A stretch of 62,555 bases of DNA, the filler included, from Nemertoderma westbladi (lineage: Eukaryota; Animalia; Xenacoelomorpha): NCBI GenBank assembly GCA_032718475.1. It is 3 parts of 3 records of this genome, joined end to end, with 100 filler letters (N's around TTAATTAATTAA, not from the genome) between each part and the next. Parts side by side here need not be neighbours in the genome. Positions count along the whole stretch, not along the records: positions 1 to 17,377 come from JAUCBJ010004200.1; positions 17,478 to 40,488 come from JAUCBJ010002250.1; 1 more part is not named here. One strand, written 5' to 3'. The position numbers and the translations under genes are program-made. Positions 13,022 to 26,277 of the stretch are shown here, one piece after another. How positions within the stretch are numbered: the stretch's first letter is position 1; each line of letters starts with the position of its first letter. The notes beneath the pieces were generated by a model. That model worked only from the letters and a program-made list of their open reading frames with translations, made no database searches and had not been told where the DNA came from.

Positions 13022-13261
13022 GGGGGCTAAACGTTACACCTACACCTACTTGTAGGCAGTTTAGTAAAGAAGCAGGTTACAGAAGCGAGTTGAATGGAAC
13101 CTAAACAATAAATGAGAGATAGGAAACATTTATTTAATTGATAATCAGCAGTTTGAGGATCAACAGTGAGATGTATTGGCTTACCGGCAGACATGTATAT
13201 GTACTGTATGTGTAGGTGTGTCTAGGCATTTGCTGTAAGAGTAGGCGTAGAGTTTACCCCC
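13022..13261. mobile_element. MITE with GGGGG termini and an 8-bp target-site duplication
   Basis: TIRs gggggctaaacgttacacctac / gtaggcgtagagtttaccccc. Perfect flanking CATATAAT at 13014-13021 and 13262-13269. Confidence 0.85.
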
Positions 13262-13667
13262 CATATAATGGGGTTCTTGGAAAACACGCAACGCAACGGA
13301 ATGGCGCAATATAACTTAACATAGTTTATTTAATTTCGCGCCATTTAATTATACTGAAGATCGTACTGCACCTTTGCGATGAATGAGGTGAGATTTTGGC
13401 CACTCGGGGATCCAGATTTAGTTGACGGGGTAGGTATCCGAACATACAAATTATATTATTTGTGATATATTGTTTTTAAGTACAGTATAGGATAGGCACA
13501 ATGGGTCAAGGCCCGGTGAAATGTAAAGAATAATAATAGTTGTATCGGTACGTTTTATAATACATTAATTAACTTGTATATTATAATAGTATAATAGCAA
13601 AATATAATCATTTAAGTATTTTAATTAAGATTATTTCATAAGAGTTTAGAACTATAAGATAATCAAG

Positions 13668-14295
13668 TCAAGACAATTTTGTGAGATCATTAAGTCGATC
13701 AATTTCTCTAGACTGTTCTTTTAGAGGTTTATACTTTGTTGTAAATTTCCGACTCAACTCTATTAGAAGGTGAAGGCCACGCAAAGATTTTACACGTGAT
13801 AATGCAACATATGCCCCCCTGTCCATTGAAGGAGCTCCAGCCGGATTCACCCCAGTCTCCAATTATAATGGCTTCCAAGGTAAGACCTTGCACATTGTAA
13901 ACAGTTAGAGCATACGCTGGACTTATGGGGATTTGCTTTAAATTGACAGAGAAGGTAAATGATTTTGTTACCTTGATTCTAACAGTTTGTTTGGAAAAAG
14001 TTAAAGGAAAACATCCTAAAGGTACGATCTCGAACTCAACTGTACATTTTTGAAAGATAGGTTCGATAATTATGAATTCGTGAACACGAGATGCGCGTTT
14101 CACAATTGTAGAGCTGCCTGGAGCATAGAATTCATCAATAAATGTTGTATCCTTTGGGAATTGAACGCCCTTCACTCTGCCAATGGTTCCATTTGCTATC
14201 CCTATTTCAACGGCAATGTTTTGAATTACAATAATTGGCATATCATAAAATATATCAATAAGCAGTGGTAGACCTTCGCATTTGTCATCGCGCAT
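13668..14295 (-). pseudogene. PIF1-family helicase C-terminal fragment (Helitron/Helentron), frameshifted
   Basis: Motifs NIAVEIGIANGTIG and QIPISPAYALTVYNVQGLTL, then YVALSRVKSLRGLHL in another frame. Confidence 0.85.
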
Positions 14296-14324
14296 GTACT
14301 GGAGAAGTTTCTTTTCGATGTTTA

Positions 14325-14541
14325 GGATCTAAGTTCGCTTCCAGAATCTAAGTTCAGATCTTGGTTCTAAGTTCACTTCCAGGATCTAAGTTCGCTTCCA
14401 GGATCTAAGTTCGCTTCCAGGATCTAAGTTCGCTTCCAGGATCTAAGTTCGCTTCCAGGATCTAAGTTCGCTTCCAGGATCTAAGTTCGCCTCCAGGATC
14501 TAAGTTCAGATCTTGGTTCGTTCAATACCAGGATCTAAGTT
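14325..14541. repeat. 19-bp minisatellite (GGATCTAAGTTCGCTTCCA)n
   Basis: About 10 visible tandem units. Confidence 0.92.
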
Positions 14542-14659
14542 AAACGATAAAACAAAGGAAGGACTGTCAGCCACAGGTATGAAAAAATAGGTAATTAGGC
14601 CTAGCAGACGTTTCGGAAGCCAATGGCTATCTTTATCAATGCTTAATTTATGTATGCTA

Positions 14660-15622
14660 CAGCGCACATACAACAACTACAACTCACATATACAGAATAA
14701 TAATAAAGTATATACCATAAACAGTAGGCCTACACATATACAAAGCACATACAGTATAATATAAATGAATACACAGTACACGACAACTGCAACGCATATA
14801 TACAGTATAATAATAAGGTATAAACACTAAACATTACACATATACAAAGCACATACAGTATAATATAAACGCATACACCGTACACAACAACTACAACGCA
14901 CATATACAGTAAAATAATAAAGAATAAACACTAAACAGTACACATATACAACGCACATATACAGTAAAATAATAAAGAATAAACACTAAACAGTACACAT
15001 ATACAACGCACATATACAGTAAAATAATAAAGAATAAACACTAAACAGTACACATATACGTATACGACGCACATACAGTATAATATAAACAGTACACAAC
15101 ACAGTATAATATAAATGAATACACAGTACACGACAACTGCAACGCATAAATACAGTATAATAATAAGGTATAAACACTAAACATTACACATATACAAAGC
15201 ACATACAGTATAATATAAACGCATACACCGTACACAACAACTACAACGCACATATACAGTAAAATAATAAAGAATAAAGATTTATACAGAACACATATAC
15301 AAAGCACATACAGTATAATATAAATGAATACACAGAACACAAATAAACGTATACGACGCTCATACAGTATAATATAAACAAAACACAACAACTACAACTA
15401 CAACGCACATATACAGTAAAATAATAAAGAATAAACACTAAACAGTACACATATACAACGCCCATATACAGTAAAAATAATAAAGAATAAACACTAAACA
15501 GTACACATATACAACGCACATATACAGTAAAATAATAAAGAATAAACACTAAACAGTACACATATACAACGCACATATACAGTAAAAATAATAAAGAATA
15601 AACACTAAACAGTACACATACA
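14660..15622. repeat. A/C-rich ~55-bp minisatellite with higher-order duplication
   Basis: Unit like acgcacatatacagtaaaataataaagaataaacactaaacagtacacatataca. Block ~14745-14940 is repeated at ~15095-15280. Confidence 0.9.
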
Positions 15623-15801
15623 GTCGGGGTCTCAAAGTGCATCTGTTCTTTGAGATTTTCTCAAAGAACTAAAAGTGTCTCAAATTTCTAAAAGTGGTCC
15701 AAGAAAATGACAAAGTGTCCTCAAAGATTTCAAAGTAGTACTGTCAGTCATTTCATACAGTCCTGCCTGAAGCTGGCTATGGTATGGGGTATATTGACTT
15801 T

Positions 15802-16265
15802 GTCTACTAAAGGGTAAAATATAAGTAATAAAAACCTCTATGAAACAATAAAGATAAATATTTGTTACTGAAAGTAAGAATTGCTTACTGCAGTAATAAA
15901 AAATAGTCTTTTTCTGCAGTAACAAATAATTTGTTACTGCAGTAAAAATTTTTATTCAATTATTTATTAATATTGATTACTGCAGTATTAATTTTTATTC
16001 AATTATTTATTAATTTATTAATATTGATTATTGCAGTAATAAATATTTGTTACTGCAGTAATAAATATTTGTTACTGCAGTAATAAATATTTATTACTGC
16101 AGTAATAAATATTTATTACTGCAGTAATAAATATTTGTTACTGCAGTAATTGTTATATGTTACTGCAGTAACTAATATTTAATACAGCAGTATTTTTTGT
16201 AGGTATTTTTATTGATTCATAGAGGATTTTATTAATTTATATTTGGGCTCTTTAGAGACGCCGTA
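15802..16265. mobile_element. Degenerate non-autonomous TIR element with an internal TTACTGCAGTAA palindrome array
   Basis: Imperfect ~55-bp TIRs (gtctactaaagggtaaaatataagtaataaaaacctctatgaaacaataaa vs the reverse complement of 16207-16260). The right end is CCGTA; the left terminus is eroded. Confidence 0.6.
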
Positions 16266-17377
16266 ATTGCGGGCTATCGGAATGTGTTGGTATTTGTGTC
16301 ATAGACAGTTTGTCTGTTGCCCTATCTATATTAATGTATAGTGCTAAAACTGTACTGTTTAAATTTGTTTAGCCCACGTGAACGCCGAATACCTTTACCA
16401 ATGCATTTCAATGGTCAACCAGCCATACTTTGCCGCACTGTAAATTGTGTTATACAAAGTAAAGAATAACGATAGAGGCAGGAATAAAGATAAATGATTC
16501 AAGCGCACTAATTGGCTGTTCCCATAGATGTTTTAGGCATTGTTGGTGCGCAATGCATATGGTCAGAGCGTCCGCCCAGTCTGCCAAAATCTATTATGTA
16601 ATCAAATGGTACCACAAGCCAAGCGAAGCATGTGACAGTTCTTTCCGACTCTGCACCTGTTTGTTTGAAGGTCGCCGTCCGTGGGTCGCTACTCACTAGC
16701 TGTGATTGATAGTTTAAATTGGGTGCCGCTTTGCCAGAAGGCGGTACACATCAATTGAATATGAGGCAAACATTTAAAATATGCTCAAATATAAACGCCA
16801 GCGGCAGGGGATATTTTAATTTCTCTATTAAGCTAAAACAACACAAGATTGTAGCCGTTCTATCGTACTTGAAAGTCGAAAGCCTTTCTTAGTTTTTAAG
16901 AAGGAATTCTCGCGCTCTCGTCAACATAGTTATCATATTAATTGAGATTCAATATGACGTTTAATTACTCAAGGAGTAAATGGTTATAAGTATGCCTATT
17001 GTAATGACACTTGATTTAACATAATTAAAACGATAAGTTGTAATTGGATAGAGCACATAAAATTTATAAAATAAACTTAAATAAAATAAAAGTATTTTTA
17101 AATAAAAAGATGGGAAGAGGGTGATTGGCATAATATAAGGCACATTAAATAAGATAAAATAAATAAACAGTATAGTCGGGCCTTGAACTTTCTATTGATT
17201 TAAATAGTTAGTGTTGCAGCATCTGTCGTCATCAGCCAAATTGCTGTCTTTAGGTGTGAACTGCACTGAGGTATGCGCGTACATAGTTTGTAGTGGTCTG
17301 TGTTTGCCGCCAGGGAGCCAACAGGTGCAGTCTTCCGTGGGTCTCCAGCAATTGAGTTTTGTACATAGGCGGTGGTG

Positions 17378-17477
17378 NNNNNNNNNNNNNNNNNNNNNNN
17401 NNNNNNNNNNNNNNNNNNNNNTTAATTAATTAANNNNNNNNNNNNNNNNNNNNNNNNNNNNNNNNNNNNNNNNNNNN
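17378..17477. other. Assembly gap with artificial TTAATTAATTAA linker
   Basis: 44 N + ttaattaattaa + 44 N. Confidence 0.97.
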
Positions 17478-17539
17478 ATTATAGTTATTGCATTGTTGCC
17501 ATGTTCTAGAACATTGTGTATTTATTAATTATAATAAAT

Positions 17540-17777
17540 GGCCTGCAGGGGAAGCAAATCCATGCAACTTTCGAACGCCCATATCTCAGCTATTTCACAA
17601 TCAAATTCAAATATTTTCACATATTTGGAATCCTTGCACGGTCAGCTTTCTATTGGTACTAACAAATAACTATAAGGTTGAAGAACGATTTCACTGTGAC
17701 CTGTGAAATATCGCTAGAGACACTTTTTTTAACGCTTGTAGCTAAAGATTGAAAGTAAAAATAAAAATTCTGGCTCC
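17540..17777. mobile_element. MITE family B copy (partial)
   Basis: Colinear similarity with 586-739, and retains the right TIR that is missing from that copy. Confidence 0.65.
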
Positions 17778-18713
17778 AAGGTGGAGGAGGGGGTTGAAAC
17801 TATCTCTGGTGTAGTTTAGTAGGAGTATTAGAAGGTGAGATCATCACAAAATATGTAAACACTATTGATCCTGCACTTATATTGCGCTCATCCTAACCGT
17901 AATGTTCGCTTTAATCGATGTACACAACTTCTGTACTACACAACTATTGTAGAGTTACTAAGATATTGATAAAAGGTAATTTCGTCAAATTGGATGGATA
18001 GAATATAATACAATGGGGACTGATGCAATTATTACACAAAGAATACAATTCCAACAATTACCAAACGGATCAATTAATTGCAAAATTACAATATTTGGAT
18101 ACCAATTGGGCAATTGCTACTTATAGCTCCCGAAATAATACCTTTTGTTATAAATCAGCAAATTAAATATTTCCTCATGAGACATTTTATCAGCAGTTTT
18201 GATATTTAATAGACACTCATTTACTCAAACGTGCTATTATTCTCTAATATTGATTTATTGTAAACCAAACATCATCATTATAATTATGCCTTATATATTT
18301 TGTACCGGTTTCTACTACTGTATGTAATTCGTAATGTATAATTTATTTATCACTTAAGTAAAATTACAATTTTTACTCGGTTCGGGGTGTCACTTTGTTG
18401 AAAACCAACTATTATTTCGGTAGGTACTGACTATTTTGATTTATTAATATTTTGTTAATAAATCTAAAATCAGCTGGATTTTAATTATGCAAAACATAGT
18501 TTAAGATATTTGCGGTATTTACGATCCGATCGCCCCCAATTCATAGAATATTGATTAATTTAAAAAGACAAATATTATATTATATGATTTATATAATAAT
18601 TATTATTATATTACAGTAATCGAATATATTATATCGACTTAATTTCCTCATTTCCGATTCAGTTTCTAAACAAAGGTATTCGTTCGATTAGACTCCATGT
18701 CAGGAGGCCCTGT

Positions 18714-19976
18714 CATACATACACTACATACATACACTACATACATACACTACATACATACACTTCATACACTCACTACATACATACACTTCATACACTC
18801 ACTACATACATACACTTCATACACTCACTACATACACTCACTACATACATACACTTCATACACTCACTACATACATACACTTCATACACTCACTACATAC
18901 ATACACGTCATACACTCACTACATACATACACTTCATACACTCACTACATACATACACTTCATACACTCACTACATACATACACTTCATACACTCACTAC
19001 ATACATACTCTTCATACACTCACTACATACATACACTTCATACACTCACTACATACTTACTCTTCATACACTCACTACATACATACACTTCATACACTCA
19101 CTACATACACTCACTATATACATACACTTCATACACTCACTACATACATACACTTCATACACTCACTACATACATACACTTCATACACTCACTACATACA
19201 TACACGTCATACACTCACTACATACATACACTTCATACACTCACTACATACATACACTTCATACACTCACTACATACATACTCTTCATACACTCACTACA
19301 TACATACACTTCATACACTCACTACATACATACACTTCATACACTCACTACATACATACACTTCATACACTCACTACATACATACACTTCATACACTCAC
19401 TACATACATACACTTCATACACTCACTACATACATACTCTTCATACACTCACTACATACATACACTTCATACACTCACTACATACATACACTTCATACAC
19501 TCACTACATACATACACTTCATACACTCCTACATACATACACTTCATACACTCACTACATACATACACTTCATACACTCACTACATACATACACTTCATA
19601 CACTCACTACATACATACTCTTCATACACTCACTACATACATACACTTCATACACTCACTACATACTTACTCTTCATACACTCACTACATACATACACTT
19701 CATACACTCACTACATACATACTCTTCATACACTCACTACATACATACACTTCATACACTCACTACATACATACTCTTCATACACTCACTACATACATAC
19801 ACTTCATACACTCACTACATACATACACTTCATACACTCACTACATACATACTCTTCATACACTCACTACATACATACACTTCATACACTCACTACATAC
19901 ATACTCTTCATACACTCACTACATACATACTCTTCATACACTCACTACATACATACTCTTCATACACTCACTACAT
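18714..19976. repeat. 26-bp G-poor minisatellite (CATACACTCACTACATACATACACTT)n
   Basis: About 48 tandem units; the array resumes at 20991-21028. Confidence 0.97.
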
Positions 19977-19977
19977 C

Positions 19978-20987
19978 TAGAGTTGCAACAGAGACCTGTT
20001 TTTCTTAATCCCGGTGAACCAGAGACCTACTCGGAGAATTATTTTGAAAAATACCGGAGACCGGAGCCAGAGATCAGAGACTTTGCTTATTTTTATACTT
20101 ACAATTTGATTAGGCCCCTAAAGCACAAACAGGTACACATGGACTGATCACACTATCTTTCTATGGTTCAATTACAGTAAATCCAACCCATTTCAACCCT
20201 TACCCATTGGAAGAAAATAAGCGCACGTACAGTTTGGGGGGCTTAATTAATATTAATTTGGTTATTTGTTTATTAATTCGTTCTTATTTTGTTATTGTTA
20301 ATAATATGTTACATTAATTTGTTTTGCGCCATAGGTAACGGTACTTTGTTAATTAAAGGCATTTATTTTACAATTATTTCATTCAATGTACTATAAATTA
20401 ACTTAGTAATTTACGAATACACGGCACAGGTATAGTACTCTACTCGCCCCATTTACAAGCCTCGTTACGCTCGTTTTCTTCATTTGGTCGTCATATTATC
20501 TATCCTACAACAAGTTGAATGGAGATCAGCCCTTTCTTTCAATTTCAAACATTACGGGAGCTCAAATTAAGCACCTTTATCCTTAAATAAGAACCCTCTT
20601 TTGGTGCTAATTTAACTTAAAATTAAACGCACCTTAAATTAATTACTGTAAATAGAATTATTATCGGTACATTTAGTTTGAGTCAGATTTATAGAGTTAG
20701 ATTAAAAACAGTGTAAAAGTGAATATATAATTTTGTTGAAGCAGAGTATTAAAAATAGTTAAAAATTACAGAAATTACTAATTGTAAAAAATTTGTGAAA
20801 AATAATCCTCATTTCACATTTTGTGTTGTACAGGATCTATTTTTAAATATCTATTTCTAATTTGTAAAATCACTGATCTCTGGGTAAAATGTCTGTTTTC
20901 AATACCCGGGAAACAGAGACCTATCCGGAGACCAAAAAATTGCCCGGAGAATCCAGAGATCAGTGACAGGTCTCTGTTTCAACTCTA
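19978..20987. mobile_element. Non-autonomous hAT-like TIR element
   Basis: TIRs TAGAGTTGCAACAGAGACCTGT / ACAGGTCTCTGTTTCAACTCTA with subterminal agagacc/ccggagacc motifs. No clean TSD. Confidence 0.75.
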
Positions 20988-21276
20988 AGTCATACATACA
21001 CTTCATACACTCACTACATACATACACTTTTATCAGGAATTGAATAATGACTTTAATAAAACTATTTTAATTCAGTAAGTCATATTTATTAATTATTGCA
21101 TTATTTAATGTTCTGATTTTAATAAATATTCTCCATTACTTTCTTTAGGCGGCCTATCACAACCATCCACTGATGATTCAGACATGCTCACTTCCGACGA
21201 TGACGTACAACCCGGAAGTATATATGAATAATTCCTTTGACCAACCTGGTCCCTCTGGGATTCAACCCCAGGATAT

Positions 21277-21780
<504 letters not shown>

Positions 21781-23395
21781 AGATAAATTGTTTATTGTAC
21801 AATGCGATGAAGCACATGTGTCAGAAACGTTTCTCACGGTTTGATTCCTCTGCCAATTCATTTGTGTAATTCGGGTTCAAATCATTATCTGAAAAAAAAA
21901 TATTAAAATAACAAAACAAAATATTTAAAGATCTAACATATTAAATTTCTATAGGGAAAGTACTAATTGCCTTTTCAGTTTCATTGTAACTACTACATAA
22001 TAATATGTAGTTTGTTGTATAAACTAGTTATTGTTATATAATTTAGTTGTTAACCCAAATAAAACAAGAATTCCACTTAACCCCATGTTACTGTAAATAT
22101 AAGATTTAATCTAACCAAAACAAAGAAACACCAGAGTGCAGATGCAGGACCGGAAGTAACTGATCATACGGGGTGTTTGAAAAAGGTGGACTACAGAGAA
22201 AACATCATGGACAATTGACAGCCATATTTTAACAGCCCATACTGTATAAAATCATAATATTTAATTTCAGTAAAAATTGTAGACTTTAAAAAAGTGTTTG
22301 GGGGGGGGGGGGGGCTTCAATTCAGCTTTCAAGTTCATATTTCAACAAAAAAGTATCGAAATTGTATTGGGAAATATAGCCTAAGTTTGGATTCCAGCGC
22401 TACAACATTAGGCCTATATCGCTTCGATAATCGCTGAGCTATTCAAAATTGAAACTGTAGACCCCCTAGGCCTATTATGCTGTATTTGCTGGAAAAGCCT
22501 CTAAGGCAAATAATTAATATAGCAATATCCTGTATTTTAGGATTTTCATGATTAAATGGAATACAAAATTGAGATTAGTAAATTTATTGTACTGTAGAGT
22601 TTGTTTTTGACAAATTATTTTGTAATATACTGTACCTGTTGACTATTGTAACATGCAGCTATATCAATGAAAAGTTTTGTCAGTACTGCGATCAAATAAA
22701 GCTTATGTTTCAATGTACAGACACACACGGTACACTTCCGCGGTTATAGCAAACTATACGGCACCAATACTAAGGTGTATATATGCCATCTGTTTACCGC
22801 CTCCCACCTCTGCATTTTTTATTGCGTTTGTTATTGATTCTGTTGCTCCTTCATTGTACATCAAAATTCAATCAAATTGCATAATTCATTAACGAGAAAA
22901 CATAGAATGTACTAATAATTAATTGATGATAATATAATTAATAATTAAATAAAGCTAAACATTACGTGTCTGCCGGATATGGTAGAGCCCTACCTCTCTT
23001 TCAGTAAATTTAGGTATTATCTATTGGTAAAATCGTAGGTAATATCTCCGTTTCACTGATGTTATAAAAGGTAGTTCGTGAGCGGACTATAAACTCGTCT
23101 GAACAGACTATAAACTTGTCTGAGCGTACTAGTAGGAACAACAAAATTTACCAAGAACAATTTCAACAGTAATTTTTGGCAATGTTTAAGGAAATAAACT
23201 TCTTATTATTAAACCAAATAGTTTATTGTATTATAAATATTAGACGGCAAAACATTAGGGAGAAAATATAGAATTTAGATGATTAAACATGCAAGTTAAA
23301 TAGGCCTAACTACTTGTGTGGGATGGGGGTTCTTTCGTGATTCTTACAAGGTAATACTGTTGGAAATGCACATCAAATATGTAAGTAAAATTCGT

Positions 23396-24454
23396 TTAGG
23401 TCAATTCCTCTTTAACTTCAACTTGTTCCGGTGTTGAAAATTCCGCCCTATCTTTTTTAACAACCATATATTCTTTTACATTACTTGCTAGCAGCTCCAT
23501 TGTAAATTCTTCCAACTCTGCAAATACAATTTTTGGCTTTTTCTTTTTTAGCGCAATATCCTCGAGCAACTCCAACGCTCCATCCACATCGACGGACTGC
23601 TTAGATTCCCAGATTCGATAGAAATTTAGGAAAAGCCCTGAATAATATTCGCAGGTAGTTGTAATTACCTCGTGGCGATAAAAGAAAGATTTGTCTAATC
23701 TGTGTTTGTTGACAACTTTAATGACTATGTTAGTAATCATCATAGCGACATACGCAAACCGAAAACCGTGATTTTCGTTTCGCGACATAACAAAGACGCG
23801 TTTCGCCAACGAATTTACTTTCGGTTCAGTAAGAAAGTAATGTAGATGTACAAAGCCGAGCATTCCTGTTCCTTGAACTTCTGTTGCTGGGTCTATTGAA
23901 CGGAATCCCAGCTGATGCCAATGTGCACCGAATCTTGAACTTTCAAACTTACTATCCAAGGCCTCTTTGTAAATTGTCTGGAGTATTTGGCAATAAATTC
24001 TATTACTGTTCTCGAACGGCGTGTTGCTAACCATGTTTAGACACCGGACTTGATTTTCAATATCTTTTATTGGTCCACTGTGCCTTGAACGTCTGTATTG
24101 GTCCGAGGCTAGCCAATAAGCGACCAGCTGTGCGTGTGAGATATTCTCGAACTGTGATTCGCTGTCGGTAGGTGGTATGTTGCACTGCTTCGGGGTCCAT
24201 TCTATCCCGTCCCCCGGCGCCATGTTGGTTTTATCGAAGGGCAACCCTTTTCGGTTTATCATCGGCGTTATACAAATCTCCCAATCCTCCTGCGGCCGCA
24301 TTACCGAGTCGGCCGTTATGTCGATCTTCGCTGTGTTTGTTGGACTATCGTCGGGACTGTTCGTTTCTCTTCGTGGACTCGGTGGACTCGGCAGTGGACT
24401 AAGGCCCACCGCTGGGGCCCCACTCCCCATGCTATATGCTGAAGATGCATGCAT
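23396..24454 (-). CDS. ELMO/CED-12 domain protein (ELMOD family, ELMOD3-like), single exon
   Basis: 352-aa ORF with RFGAHWHQLGFRSIDPATEVQGTGMLG, a variant of the ELMO signature WxxLGFQxxxPxTDxRGxG, and a downstream F.FA...NIT block. Confidence 0.8.
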   Translation of the reverse strand: MHASSAYSMGSGAPAVGLSPLPSPPSPRRETNSPDDSPTNTAKIDITADSVMRPQEDWEICITPMINRKGLPFDKTNMAPGDGIEWTPKQCNIPPTDSESQFENISHAQLVAYWLASDQYRRSRHSGPIKDIENQVRCLNMVSNTPFENSNRIYCQILQTIYKEALDSKFESSRFGAHWHQLGFRSIDPATEVQGTGMLGFVHLHYFLTEPKVNSLAKRVFVMSRNENHGFRFAYVAMMITNIVIKVVNKHRLDKSFFYRHEVITTTCEYYSGLFLNFYRIWESKQSVDVDGALELLEDIALKKKKPKIVFAELEEFTMELLASNVKEYMVVKKDRAEFSTPEQVEVKEELT

Positions 24455-25195
24455 TGCCAGTCAACAAACTTACAATTTACAAAAGTTTCTCAAATATATT
24501 TTTCTTGGAACAAATTATTTTCCTTTCAATTCAGTTTACAGATTCGTATTTTACTTTTATTGGGTTGAATAACGTGTTACCTCCATTTGTATGAAGAAAT
24601 CATTCGTGTATCCATGGAAACCAGCAGACGGTTTTAGCCAATTGACTGTTTCTACACCCCATCTATATCCGTTTAATTTGGGATGGGCTGATGGGGATGC
24701 GGTACTTTAGGATGCAAAGACAACGTTGAGAATAATTGTGAACAAATTGTTGGACAACATTGTAAATTAATTGTGAATAAATGCTACCCAGTATGTCGTG
24801 TTGTTGGAATAGGGGTGTGGCTGCGCGCAATTAATATAATATAATGTGATGGTAATACGCGCTTAAGTGGAAAAATACAGTTAACAGTAATAATTGCATT
24901 TCAAATAAAAAAATATCCACCAACAGGCTTTCAAACAACAAGTATTGGCCTTTAGTTATACAGTAGGCCTACATTATATTATTTCGTCTGACTTAAATTT
25001 TGCCATAAAAGAATAGTAACAATATTTATCGCGCAAATGTCAATTAGCGGTTGTCAATTAGCCAATATAAATTTATGGTTTAGAACATTGGGTTTGGGTT
25101 GGGTAGGTTAACACTTAATATAATTATATAGACGCTGCATATCTTGTTTCTATATGGCTCGCCCCATATGGTGATACCAGCCTAGCCCATTGCAT

Positions 25196-25290
25196 GGCAT
25201 GACCAAACGGTGATACTGAATGAAGGCCATGACCAAACGGTGATACTGAATGAACGCCATGACCAAACGGTGATACTGAATGAACGCCAT
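25196..25290. repeat. 30-bp tandem triplication
   Basis: gccatgaccaaacggtgatactgaatgaa(g/c) x3. The duplication breakpoint lies within it. Confidence 0.9.
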
Positions 25291-25676
25291 TGTTGAGTGA
25301 CAACCCACATACAGTAGTCTTGGAGCTTTGGCATAGGCCTATGATATTGTCCATATCCATCTGTTTGACCTACCTAATGTTTGAACATGAATTTACGCAA
25401 CGACCGGGTCTAATTTGATGACAGTGAGAGCTTAGAAAGTTTTGAGAATTACAGAAAATCTCGGTCAGGAGGGGCCTTTGCCATCAGTGCCAATGCCAAC
25501 TTCCCTCAGCGTGTTCTCGAGATACACATGCAATAACTCGCCTGAGTATAGAACTGAACAATGTCGAATAATTGTATATTGATGACCCATGTACATTTTC
25601 ATGCATATATTATTATATTTTATGTATATACTATGGTGGCACTGAAGGGCCAACAAAGAAAATTTTTTTGTCTGAA

Positions 25677-26277
25677 ACAAGTCGTGCGCACGACTTGTTC
25701 CATCAGAAACAAGTCGTGCGCACGACTTGTTACATCAGAAACAACTCGTGCGCACGACTTGTTTTGCTAAAACAAGTCGTGCGCACGACTTGGTACTTCA
25801 GAAACAACTCGTGCGCACGACTTGTTTTGCTAAAACAACTCGTGCGCACGACTTGTTTTGCTAAAACAACTCGTGCGCACGACTTGTTTTGCTAAAACAA
25901 CTCGTGCGCACGACTTGTTTTGCTAAAACAACTCTTGCGCACGACTTGTTTTGCTAAAACAAGTCGTGCGCACGACTTGTTACTTCAGAAACAACTCGTG
26001 CGCACGACTTGTTTTGCTAAAACAACTCGTGCGCACGACTTGTTTTGCTAAAACAACTCGTGCGCACGACATGTTACATCAGAAAAAACTCGTGCTCACG
26101 ACTTGTTACTTCAGAAACAACTCGTGCGCACGACTTGTTTTGCTAAAACAACTCGTGCGCACGACTTGTTACATCAGAAACAACTGGTGCGCACGACTTG
26201 TTACTTCAGAAACAACTCGTGCGCACGACTTGTTTTGCTAAAACAACTCGTGCGCACGACTTGTTACATCAGAAACA
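25677..26277 (+). repeat. Left palindrome array, 19 units of 31-32 bp
   Basis: ACAA(G/C)TCGTGCGCACGACTTGT plus linker TTTGCTAAA, TACATCAGAA or TACTTCAGAA. Confidence 0.95.

Noticed and set aside
14931-15642. Cys/Tyr/Val-rich minus-strand ORFs
   Set aside because: Translations of the ~55-bp minisatellite.
17422-17433. TTAATTAATTAA palindrome inside N runs (also 40533-40544)
   Set aside because: Artificial scaffolding linker with stops in all six frames.
18697-19980. 427-aa His/Thr/Tyr-rich ORF
   Set aside because: Translation of a nearly G-free 26-bp minisatellite that lacks stop codons by composition.
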